From: a virus
Virus record (IMG/VR): IMGVR_UViG_3300032157_000012
Coordinates: 1-51,171 of that record
Direction: 5' to 3' (one strand)
DNA length: 51,171 nucleotides
In this document: piece by piece, positions 23,807-30,445 of the stretch
Position numbering within the stretch: the first letter of the stretch is position 1
How the letters are laid out: the number at the start of each line of letters is the position of its first letter
Made by a program: the position numbers and the translations under genes
The notes under the pieces: model-generated
Told to the model about the DNA's origin: nothing
Databases searched by the model: none
What the model saw: only the letters and a program-made list of their open reading frames with translations

Positions 23807-23877
23807 TGCCCCTGGCAGGAATCGAACCTGCATCGTCGGCTTCAGCACCTTGGCTCTACCATTTGAGCTACAGGGGA
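23807..23877 (-). tRNA. tRNA-like element (probable degenerate or pseudo-tRNA): canonical D-arm, T-arm and acceptor, no foldable anticodon arm
   Basis: - strand: TCCCCTG TA GCTC AAATGGTA GAGC ...21 nt... GCAGG TTCGATT CCTGC CAGGGGC A. 1:72 is a T:C mismatch. No 5-bp stem with a 7-nt loop fits the central 21 nt. No CCA is encoded. Confidence 0.45.
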
Positions 23878-23910
23878 CCCTAGGATCACCTAGAATTTGC
23901 TGCTAATTCA

Positions 23911-23940
23911 ATTATATCTCAGGACCTTCGAACCCTTCAA
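23911..23940 (-). promoter_or_regulatory. sigma70-like promoter (class I): TTGAAG-N18-TATAAT
   Basis: - strand reads cctcTTGAAGggttcgaaggtcctgagaTATAATtgaa. About 30 nt upstream of the tRNA-like element. Confidence 0.65.
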
Positions 23941-23948
23941 GAGGATCT

Positions 23949-24494
23949 CTACAAGATCTTTTTCGCCGTCACTTTGAACAGGTGACGCATCGGCTCGGGA
24001 ATGGATCCTTGCTGCCAGAGGTTGCGCGTGGTCAGGATCGCCTTCGGAGGTCGCGTGCCTGGTGCACTGTTGTCGAACTCTACGGCGAACCCGTGGTCTC
24101 GAAGCCCGTACGCCTGTTCGAGTTCGAGGATCTCGAACTTGAACTCCCGACCAGCATGGCCGGCGAACTGCGCCTCCGTTACGTCAGGCGAAACCGTGTA
24201 GTGGGCCCACTCTTCGGTGACGATCACCCTACACGAGTTACCGTCGTACCTGGCCATGTCGGTCCAGTACTGGACGCTGTAGTCGTAGAACGGACCATCG
24301 ACAGTAACGCCGCCCATGCGTGCTGTAACGATGTACAGCTTGTACACACCAGGAGAGCTATCGCCGTACCTGACGTGGCACGTCATCATCTTGTCGTCGC
24401 CGTAACCAGGAGACCTAACCGATCTCCTACCCTCTTCTTTCTTGTCGAGGTCCTCGATAGCATCGAGGATATTCGTCCAGAGCATGTCTCTCAC
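23949..24494 (-). CDS. hypothetical protein
   Basis: 181-aa ORF. Confidence 0.65.
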   Translation of the reverse strand: MRDMLWTNILDAIEDLDKKEEGRRSVRSPGYGDDKMMTCHVRYGDSSPGVYKLYIVTARMGGVTVDGPFYDYSVQYWTDMARYDGNSCRVIVTEEWAHYTVSPDVTEAQFAGHAGREFKFEILELEQAYGLRDHGFAVEFDNSAPGTRPPKAILTTRNLWQQGSIPEPMRHLFKVTAKKIL

Positions 24495-24700
24495 CCGCGG
24501 TCCTCCTCGTTCGCCTCGAGGTTTTCGGCAAGACCCTTCAGCAGCACCTGCCGAGGCGTAAGGCCGGCCAGAGTGGTCGTAGGACTCCAGTTCTCACTGA
24601 GGACCTTCTCGTACTCGGTGGCCACGTCCACCAGCAGACAGAACAGCTTCTGCTCTTCGTTGGCGCCCTCGTACTGGGCGGTCATCTCCTGAATGTTCAC
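24491..24700 (-). CDS. hypothetical protein
   Basis: 69 aa; 4-nt overlaps. Confidence 0.5.
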   Translation of the reverse strand: MNIQEMTAQYEGANEEQKLFCLLVDVATEYEKVLSENWSPTTTLAGLTPRQVLLKGLAENLEANEEDRG

Positions 24701-24963
24701 TGGTCGAGCTCCCTGTGATAGGCTTGGTGTTGTGCAGCGGACGTGAACGCCATCTGCGTCAGCTGCGACAATGTCGTCCAGTACAGCAGAACGAGCGGAC
24801 TGCTCTCCAGGTTCTCGTCCGAGAGCAGGTCGGCCCTGATCCCTGTGACTTCCATGGCAGCCTTGTTCAGCTCCTCGTTGATAGCCTTGAGCTTGTCCTC
24901 AGCTCCTTCAGGATTAAGGAGTGCGTCAGCCAGCTGCCTGCCGAGTTCCTCGACCTTCTTCAC
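24697..24963 (-). CDS. hypothetical protein
   Basis: 88 aa; GTG start. Confidence 0.55.
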   Translation of the reverse strand: MKKVEELGRQLADALLNPEGAEDKLKAINEELNKAAMEVTGIRADLLSDENLESSPLVLLYWTTLSQLTQMAFTSAAQHQAYHRELDQ

Positions 24964-25117
24964 GCTTTCGCTCCCTTTCTTCGGCCCGCGCCAGGTGCAC
25001 GCGGCCTAACTGAATTGCCGATCCCTTGTACTGCTGCCACCTACTGAAGTACTTGTTACAGTCACAGTAGGCCTGGTAGCCACGTTTGTCCTCGCGGACT
25101 CTGATTCGGTGGTCCAT
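24926..25117 (-). CDS. hypothetical protein
   Basis: 63 aa. YQAYCDCNKY. 38-nt overlap with the downstream gene. Confidence 0.4.
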   Translation of the reverse strand: MDHRIRVREDKRGYQAYCDCNKYFSRWQQYKGSAIQLGRVHLARAEERERKREEGRGTRQAAG

Positions 25118-25184
25118 TGGCCTCCACTTGGTCTCATCAGGCCCAGCATCTACTGGACGACGCCTCCCGGCGTTTCGACCTGTT

Positions 25185-25460
25185 TCAGTTACAGAATAGT
25201 CCCTCGTGTGTGGAGCCGTCGCAGTCCTCGGAGCACCGCTCCTTAGGGAACATCGTGTCCCAGGCCTCCTGGCACGTACCGGTCAGCAGCATCTCACGCT
25301 GGTCAGCGTTCAGGAACTTGAGATCCTGAAGGTAGAGGCGGCCGGACTTCCAGGCGCCCAAGTCCTCCTCGATGCTGACGATGGCGCTGCTCTCGTCCAC
25401 CTCGAACTCGTGGTTCACGTGGTGAACGTGGCACATGTGATCCGATCGCACCATGGTCAT
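25185..25460 (-). CDS. hypothetical Cys/His-containing protein
   Basis: 91-aa ORF. Confidence 0.55.
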   Translation of the reverse strand: MTMVRSDHMCHVHHVNHEFEVDESSAIVSIEEDLGAWKSGRLYLQDLKFLNADQREMLLTGTCQEAWDTMFPKERCSEDCDGSTHEGLFCN

Positions 25461-25630
25461 CTGTTTGTCCTCTTCAACTCGAGGTGAGCCATCCCCAGCA
25501 TTCGAGTCCAGGCCAACTTACTTCTCACGTCCGTAGCGGCCTGCGCAGCGGCAGAGACCTTCTTGATCTCCTCATCCAGTTCCTTGTCGGTCAGCCCCTT
25601 GAGCCAACCTCTGTAGCTCTCGTACCCCAT
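25457..25630 (-). CDS. hypothetical protein
   Basis: Track ORF trimmed to ATG 25630 (GGAGAGG upstream). Confidence 0.45.
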   Translation of the reverse strand: MGYESYRGWLKGLTDKELDEEIKKVSAAAQAATDVRSKLAWTRMLGMAHLELKRTNR

Positions 25631-25631
25631 C

Positions 25632-25874
25632 TCACCTCTCCTGGAACTTGTCGCCGACCCGCTTGGGCTCACGGATCTTGTAGGAAGTGTAAGGGTTGTA
25701 GTCGGTGACAACGCGCCACTCACCCTCGTCGAAGGTCACGCACGGTGTGAACTCGACGTTCTCGCAGTCAGGGTACGTCTTCACCACAGGAGCAGGCTCC
25801 GAAGGATCCTCGACCTTGCACGCACCGGTCAGGAGAACCAGTGCGGCGACGAAGCTACTGGTGAACTTCCTCAT
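25632..25874 (-). CDS. small lipoprotein-like secreted protein
   Basis: MRKFTSSFVAALVLLTGAC. Confidence 0.55.
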   Translation of the reverse strand: MRKFTSSFVAALVLLTGACKVEDPSEPAPVVKTYPDCENVEFTPCVTFDEGEWRVVTDYNPYTSYKIREPKRVGDKFQER

Positions 25875-26110
25875 GTCACGACTCCTTCTGTTTCTGTGAT
25901 CACGACCAGGTCACCGAAGGGGCAGGCGCACTCCTGCCACATCCAGAAACCGTTCTCCTTGGTCCCGTCCGCGAGGCCTAGGTAGTGAATGTTCCTCTGG
26001 TAAGGGTTCTTCGTGATCCACCTGAGGAACGTGTGGTTCTTACAGGTGATCGAGAAGTGCTCAGGTCCGGGCTCAGGGAATTTGAACTCGTAGACCGGGA
26101 CGAGTTTCAC
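25871..26110 (-). CDS. hypothetical protein
   Basis: 79 aa; 4-nt overlaps. Confidence 0.55.
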   Translation of the reverse strand: MKLVPVYEFKFPEPGPEHFSITCKNHTFLRWITKNPYQRNIHYLGLADGTKENGFWMWQECACPFGDLVVITETEGVVT

Positions 26111-26388
26111 TGCTTCACCCGCACAGCCATGACCAGCACCACGTGCCGCTCGTCAGTACCCTCGGTCGGAGGAATGTCGAACTGCGTCGTAACGAGTCCA
26201 GACATTCCCCTCTCAACGTCCGTGTAGCTGAAGAGCTCACCGCCCTTGGCCTGCATCACCATGTGCAGGATGTTGATCAGGTCCTCACCATCGATCGTGG
26301 TAAGCTTCTGAATCAGCTCCTGGTACTCCTCGTTGCTGAGCGGCACGGCTTCCGCCTTCCTACTACAGTCGCCGAATGCAACTGACAA
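26107..26388 (-). CDS. hypothetical protein
   Basis: 93-aa ORF. Confidence 0.55.
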   Translation of the reverse strand: MSVAFGDCSRKAEAVPLSNEEYQELIQKLTTIDGEDLINILHMVMQAKGGELFSYTDVERGMSGLVTTQFDIPPTEGTDERHVVLVMAVRVKQ

Positions 26389-26425
26389 GAACCCCTACAT
26401 CCGAAGGTGTAGAGGATCTGACCAG

Positions 26426-26794
26426 TTACAGTCTCCTTCCTTGTGGGTTGGAGATCAGGTCTCCAGTCTGGTCACGGAGCTCGGTACGAATGTACGAGCC
26501 CTGAGTCGTGTTCGCGTTCCTCATGGACCTCATCAGCCCAGGAGCCTTCTCGACGACCTTCGTTCCCGTGGTCGCGGCCTGCATCTGTTTCAGTAGCGAA
26601 ACAGCTTGGACTCGCGAACCACCGGGTACGCCTCGGAGGTTCTCTTCGAAGGTGTTCTGCATCTTGTAGCCAACAGGTTTCGCGGACTTCTTGGTAGGAA
26701 CGTAGTCGTTCCCACGTCGGAGCTGTCGCTCTCTCTGTCGCAACAGCTTCAACCTGAACTCCTGTGCCAGTTCCTTAGAACGGTCCTTCTTCAT
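26426..26794 (-). CDS. hypothetical basic protein
   Basis: 122 aa; first gene after class I promoter P3. Confidence 0.6.
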   Translation of the reverse strand: MKKDRSKELAQEFRLKLLRQRERQLRRGNDYVPTKKSAKPVGYKMQNTFEENLRGVPGGSRVQAVSLLKQMQAATTGTKVVEKAPGLMRSMRNANTTQGSYIRTELRDQTGDLISNPQGRRL

Positions 26795-26825
26795 GTTACG
26801 CTCCGAGGTTTTTGTTTTTCTTTTT

Positions 26826-26856
26826 ATTATAGTAGAGGTCCCCTAGCACCTCTCAA
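26826..26856 (-). promoter_or_regulatory. sigma70-like promoter (class I): TTGAGA-N19-TATAAT
   Basis: - strand reads ccTTGAGAggtgctaggggacctctacTATAATaaaaag. Confidence 0.65.
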
Positions 26857-26876
26857 GGATGAATTTAAAATTCACC

Positions 26877-26917
26877 TTGTTAAACATGACAGCCAACAGC
26901 GCCAAGAACTCCACACG
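26877..26917 (-). promoter_or_regulatory. half element: CGTGTGGAGTT-N19-ATGTTTAACAA (- strand), directly upstream of promoter P3
   Basis: Arm at 26907-26917; core at 26877-26887. Confidence 0.6.
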
Positions 26918-26936
26918 GGCCGCTGTGCCTGAGCCG

Positions 26937-27320
26937 CTAGCGAGATCTGGGTCGAGTACGCTCGAGGTACGTGGTGGCCTGGTGAATGACCTGCGGCCTC
27001 CTACCTGATCCAGGATTCTCAGGTCGGTCTACAACGCCTTCGAAGCAGGCGAGGAACAGCTGAAGCCCCGGTCGATCGAGCCTCATCGTCGTGATCCTCA
27101 TACCCTGTGCAGTGTTCGTCGCAATGACGGTGTTGTGTGGCTCGGGAGCGTCCAGGAGTTTCTGAACGTCCTCGCTCTGCATCAAGACCCCGTAGGATCT
27201 CGCGGGAAGTCTTACCTTGTAGGTGAGAGAGGAACGTTGTGGGTCACAGAATGTGGTCAATACAATGTCGATCAATGTTATACCTTTCTCATCGATGGTA
27301 CGTTGTCTGGTTTTCCTCAT
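26937..27320 (-). CDS. hypothetical protein
   Basis: 127-aa ORF downstream of the class II promoter at 27378-27406. Weak SD. Confidence 0.5.
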   Translation of the reverse strand: MRKTRQRTIDEKGITLIDIVLTTFCDPQRSSLTYKVRLPARSYGVLMQSEDVQKLLDAPEPHNTVIATNTAQGMRITTMRLDRPGLQLFLACFEGVVDRPENPGSGRRPQVIHQATTYLERTRPRSR

Positions 27321-27377
27321 GAGTTAGATCATGAGGCCTAGTGGGACTTTGTGTAGCCTTGTGGTCCTTTCTTTTCT

Positions 27378-27406
27378 AGTATAACGCTTTCCGAAACGGA
27401 AATCAA
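27378..27406 (-). promoter_or_regulatory. sigma70-like promoter (class II): TTGATT-N17-TATACT
   Basis: - strand reads ctgTTGATTtccgtttcggaaagcgtTATACT. Confidence 0.5.
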
Positions 27407-27790
27407 CAGGTACATAGAAATCATTTGTTGATAACTAACACTGTGTACCTATTGAAACCTGTTCCGAAGAGTATCCGGAAAATCGGCCCTTTCAGTGCTG
27501 TATCTTCTAACAAAATGTCCGTACGGCAATTAGTTTTTATTAAAAACAAATTGGTACTCTTAGAATAATTATGATGTTATATACTATGTTAGAAGATATA
27601 TTCTATTGTAGATGAATTTCGTTTGTCCTTGTTATACTAACTGGTCTTTTTATAAGCTTGCTCAAAAGCAAACAAGTATAACATACTCTCAACGGGCCCA
27701 CAAGGTGACACCTATGAATTCTCGAGTACACGTGAGAGGAATTGCTCATGGTTTTGTAGCTACCCCAATTAACAAACTTTTTAGTAGCTT
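27407..27790. other. AT-rich non-coding island
   Basis: Visibly A/T-dominated, unlike the GC-rich flanks. No credible ORF. Contains GTATAAC/GTTATAC heptamers (27631, 27676; a further copy at 27379 lies just left of the island), TTCCG-N-CGGAA hairpins and the CCGTACGG palindrome. Confidence 0.8.
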
Positions 27791-27796
27791 GGAGGA

Positions 27797-27824
27797 ACTG
27801 GTCGGACCCATGAGCCCGACCAGT
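27797..27824 (-). terminator. hairpin (9-bp stem, 10-nt loop) after the leftward early mini-operon; possible terminator
   Basis: actggtcgg / ccgaccagt. No clean U-tract follows. Confidence 0.3.
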
Positions 27825-27828
27825 ACTC

Positions 27829-27969
27829 CTAACCCTTCAGAGCACCCGCCACCAACACAAGGAGTGCGAATGTGGGAAGTGCCCACTGCATACCCTGTAG
27901 TACAGCATCCAGGAACTCTAAAGTCCCGCCGATCTTCTTGGCCACTCGTGGCGTGTGGTGTTGTGACAT
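27829..27969 (-). CDS. candidate 46-aa membrane protein (below the track cutoff)
   Basis: Hand translation: MSQHHTPRVAKKIGGTLEFLDAVLQGMQWALPTFALLVLVAGALKG. TGATG overlap with the upstream stop. Confidence 0.4.
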   Translation of the reverse strand: MSQHHTPRVAKKIGGTLEFLDAVLQGMQWALPTFALLVLVAGALKG

Positions 27970-28142
27970 CAGGCGAGGCCCGCGCGGACCGCTGCCTGGA
28001 TACTCTGGAACATCTGGACGGCCCAGGTGTAGTCGTACCCGTCCGTCAAGTCCTTCTCGTACGCGAGCCGTTCCGGGGAGTTCAGGGCCGGAACGTGACC
28101 GTTCGCGATCTCTTCGATGTATGCCGCAGTAAGCTCGGACAT
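27969..28142 (-). CDS. hypothetical protein
   Basis: Track ORF trimmed to ATG 28142 (AAGGAGGA upstream). Confidence 0.5.
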   Translation of the reverse strand: MSELTAAYIEEIANGHVPALNSPERLAYEKDLTDGYDYTWAVQMFQSIQAAVRAGLA

Positions 28143-28219
28143 AGTGTCCTCCTTGTTATACGGGTGGTGATCTACCACCTAGGAAGAGGGACCCCTTTCG
28201 GGGTCCTTCAACCTAGATC

Positions 28220-28561
28220 CTAGATCTCGACGTGCTTGCTGGTGTACTTGAGGACCCAGGTCGTAACCTCGGTCACCGTGTACTCCTTACGACCGGCGGA
28301 ACCCTTTCCGGCGATCATACCCTTTCCGGCGTAGATGTACATCATCTGCGGCGGGATCTGCTTCGAGGTACCCGTCGCCTGGAAGACCAGGTTGACGACC
28401 TTCGCGATCTTGTACGGCGAGATGGTCTCCGACTTACCGAAGACCTGGTCGGTCAGACCCTGGACGATCGTCTCGAGAGTCAGCTCGGTCTCCGACTCGA
28501 CGACCTCTCCGGTGAAGGCGTCCAGCTGACCGTCAACCTCGACGATGGTGTTCTCAGACAT
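28220..28561 (-). CDS. hypothetical protein with an acidic N-terminus; first gene of the leftward arm
   Basis: 113 aa. AGGAGGAC before ATG 28561. Confidence 0.6.
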   Translation of the reverse strand: MSENTIVEVDGQLDAFTGEVVESETELTLETIVQGLTDQVFGKSETISPYKIAKVVNLVFQATGTSKQIPPQMMYIYAGKGMIAGKGSAGRKEYTVTEVTTWVLKYTSKHVEI

Positions 28562-28643
28562 AGTGTCCTCCTAGGACAGTTGCTAGATCCGTCTGATCTA
28601 GTCGCTACGTGTACGAGACTGAGAGCGTGTCGTACACGACGCT

Positions 28644-28674
28644 ACTATGTCAGAAGGGAATATGGAGTTGTCAA
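28644..28674 (-). promoter_or_regulatory. candidate promoter: TTGACA-N19-CATAGT
   Basis: Perfect -35 on the - strand (28674-28669). The -10 is weak. Confidence 0.3.
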
Positions 28675-28722
28675 GGAACGAATTAAGTTGTTGTTGTTTT
28701 TTTTTTGTTTTTCTATAACTAT

Positions 28723-28751
28723 ATTATAGACGAGGAAAGAGGATCTTGCTA
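28723..28751 (-). promoter_or_regulatory. candidate promoter: TAGCAA-N17-TATAAT, followed by an A-rich tract
   Basis: Perfect -10 on the - strand (28728-28723). The -35 is weak. The leader to ATG 28561 would be about 155 nt. Confidence 0.35.
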
Positions 28752-28762
28752 CACCCGTACGG

Positions 28763-28870
28763 GGTTATGGAAACTAGCGGAGAAATGAGTGTTACCTTGT
28801 ATAACATACACTCAGCAGAGGTTATGGAAACTAGCAGGAAATCATGTGTTACCTAGTATAACATACACTC
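28763..28870 (+). repeat. two tandem 51-nt repeat units with a 57-bp period, each ending GTGTTACC-N3-TATAACATACACTC; a third partial copy overlaps the rightward promoter
   Basis: 28763-28813 versus 28820-28870 match at about 42 of 51 positions by eye. GTGTTACGCTATATAAT lies at 28886-28902. Confidence 0.8.
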
Positions 28871-28873
28871 CCC

Positions 28874-28902
28874 TTGTGGAATTCGGTGTTACGCTATATA
28901 AT
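28874..28902 (+). promoter_or_regulatory. sigma70-like rightward promoter: TTGTGG-N17-TATAAT
   Basis: -35 at 28874-79; -10 at 28897-902. GAGAGGAGG and ATG 28925 follow. Confidence 0.6.
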
Positions 28903-28924
28903 CACGGTAAGAGAGGAGGTCACA

Positions 28925-29329
28925 ATGTACGATGACGAAGACGAAGACGAAGACATGGCTGCAGCCGTTGCCCGCAACCAGGCGTGGGTGAGCGACGACG
29001 AGCTCGCTGGTCTCACGTTGGAGCGAGCCTCGGGATTCAAGTCACTGAATGGCCAGCCTGAGAGCCCTGTCGAGCAAGCGGCTCGGATCATTCGGGACAA
29101 TGCACCGCTGGCGGCGCAGACACTGGTCAGGCTGGCGCGCTATGGCGAGTCGGAGACCGTACGTATGAGGGCCGCTACCGAGATCCTCACACGGGCGGCA
29201 GCGCTTGGCACCACAGCCGATGGGCGTGACCCGTGGGATGGTGTGTACGAGCAGGTCCTGGTCACTCGGCCTCCTGTCGTGATCGACGGCGATGTTGTAC
29301 CAGAGTCAGAGACGAAGAAGCGGCCGTGA
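28925..29329 (+). CDS. putative small terminase subunit-like protein
   Basis: Track ORF trimmed to ATG 28925. Acidic N-terminus, then NAPLAAQTLVRLARYGESETVRMRAATEILTRAA, a pattern common in small terminases. First gene of the packaging arm. Confidence 0.45.
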   Translation: MYDDEDEDEDMAAAVARNQAWVSDDELAGLTLERASGFKSLNGQPESPVEQAARIIRDNAPLAAQTLVRLARYGESETVRMRAATEILTRAAALGTTADGRDPWDGVYEQVLVTRPPVVIDGDVVPESETKKRP

Positions 29330-29394
29330 ATGAGTGCCCGATTCACGACCAGCCGTTTCCCGAAGCTTGTGGGCTCTGCCGAAGAATAGCTGTA

Positions 29395-29480
29395 GGTTAG
29401 ACAGCAAGCTAAGCGCTCGCACAGAGAGGTGCGAGATCGTGAAGGCAAGCTGACTAACCTATCGGCTAACCAGTCTAACC
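29395..29480 (+). repeat. GGTTAGAC / GNCTAACC repeat cluster arranged around a central hairpin
   Basis: GGTTAGAC 29395-402. Hairpin ctcgcac-agagag-gtgcgag at about 29415-34. GACTAACC 29452-59, GGCTAACC 29464-71, GTCTAACC 29473-80. Related copies at 29531-39 and 29633-40. Confidence 0.75.
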
Positions 29481-29591
29481 AGCATTCCCTACTGGTTTTA
29501 ATAACACGAGCTGACCCCCTATGGATATCAGTCCTAACCAGCTCAAACTGCGCACAAGCCCAAGCGCTCCGCAGCGCGACGAGACCCAGGC

Positions 29592-29632
29592 CGTGTGGAG
29601 TTGTGTGGCAGGTCTAGGAGGTAGTTTAACAC
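29592..29632 (+). promoter_or_regulatory. half element: CGTGTGGAGTT-N19-TAGTTTAACAC (+ strand), upstream of the packaging/structural genes
   Basis: Arm at 29592-29602; core at 29622-29632. Co-oriented with + strand genes. Confidence 0.6.
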
Positions 29633-29647
29633 GGTTAGGGAGCCGCA

Positions 29648-29851
29648 GTGACTGTAGAGCAGTACAAGATAAGGTTCCTATCGGTGGTATTGACAGTCTG
29701 GGCGGTAGTTGTGGGCGCAGCACTCTACACCTACCTCTTCCGTGCAGGTTCCCTACCAGATCCTGTGTTGCTAGGTATACCAACGGGGACTTGGTTGGCA
29801 GTGTTCCCACCGCTGCCTAGGCCTAGGGAGGAAGTAGCAGATGCAGCTTAG
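29648..29851 (+). CDS. small membrane protein
   Basis: GTG 29648 with GGGAG upstream. FLSVVLTVWAVVVGAALYTYLF. Confidence 0.45.
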   Translation: MTVEQYKIRFLSVVLTVWAVVVGAALYTYLFRAGSLPDPVLLGIPTGTWLAVFPPLPRPREEVADAA

Positions 29852-30035
29852 CTACGTGTGGCAGGCGGTACTGTGGATAGCGGGCTTGTCTGCTGCAGGA
29901 TATGCTCTGGGAGCGACTATAGAGCTGGTGAGGAGGAAGCGTGCGAAGGCTGGAAGCATTCGGAGCCTGGATCGCAGTAGCGGTCGCCAGCGTGGCCGTG
30001 CTGGTACTATACGTAGACAACTACCGCACGCGTGA
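29841..30035 (+). CDS. possible small membrane protein
   Basis: VWQAVLWIAGLSAAGYALGATI, but it overlaps the next, better-supported ORF by 95 nt. Confidence 0.25.
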   Translation: MQLSYVWQAVLWIAGLSAAGYALGATIELVRRKRAKAGSIRSLDRSSGRQRGRAGTIRRQLPHA

Positions 30036-30264
30036 GTGCTTCGCGGACTACATGTCGCGAGACAGTCAGAACACTGTCAACCGTGCGCAGATCCAGGATG
30101 CTGAGAGGGATAAGTTCCTAATCATGCTCAAGGAGCTCATGGACCCAAAGAACGATGCCGAGGCGCGTACGCAAGCGCTTGACGGCTACATCGCAGAGGT
30201 CGAGCGCAATAACGTGTTGCGTGAGCAGAACCCTGTACTTCCTGTTCCTACGGAGTGTGACTGA
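29941..30264 (+). CDS. membrane-anchored protein
   Basis: GTG 29941 with GAGGAGGAAG upstream. AFGAWIAVAVASVAVLVLYV. Confidence 0.55.
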   Translation: MRRLEAFGAWIAVAVASVAVLVLYVDNYRTRECFADYMSRDSQNTVNRAQIQDAERDKFLIMLKELMDPKNDAEARTQALDGYIAEVERNNVLREQNPVLPVPTECD

Positions 30265-30443
30265 TGGATATAGACTCGGCGCAGTATGGAACGTCTCAGC
30301 ACTGGCCGTACTGTCGGCAGGCTAACTGTACTGGCTGCATTCCGCCGTTGACAGAACTTCCGGTGAGGATCTCTACGCGGTCCGAAGACTGGGCCGCACC
30401 AGCACGTGAGATACTACGTAGGCGAGGAGCCTGGAGGAGCTAA
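30264..30443 (+). CDS. candidate 59-aa Cys-rich protein (below the track cutoff)
   Basis: Hand translation: MDIDSAQYGTSQHWPYCRQANCTGCIPP... TGATG overlap upstream. Its stop is 2 nt before the terL ATG. Confidence 0.4.
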   Translation: MDIDSAQYGTSQHWPYCRQANCTGCIPPLTELPVRISTRSEDWAAPAREILRRRGAWRS

Positions 30444-30445
30444 GC

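Noticed and set aside
23807-23877. tRNA-like element as attP of a temperate phage
   Set aside because: No integrase, excisionase-integrase pair or CI-like repressor was recognised anywhere in the 51 kb. It is kept only as a remote possibility.
27612-28223. 203-aa + strand ORF starting in the AT-rich island
   Set aside because: It begins in AT-rich DNA with atypical codons. It then runs antisense across three - strand genes that have strong SD sequences.
28763-28870. Tandem repeats as a CRISPR-like array
   Set aside because: There are only two or three imperfect units with no unique spacers and no cas genes. They overlap a promoter.
29521-29820. 99-aa + strand ORF
   Set aside because: It covers the regulatory repeats and motif element and is R/S/G/C-rich. 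The overlapping TM ORF at 29648 with an SD is more plausible.
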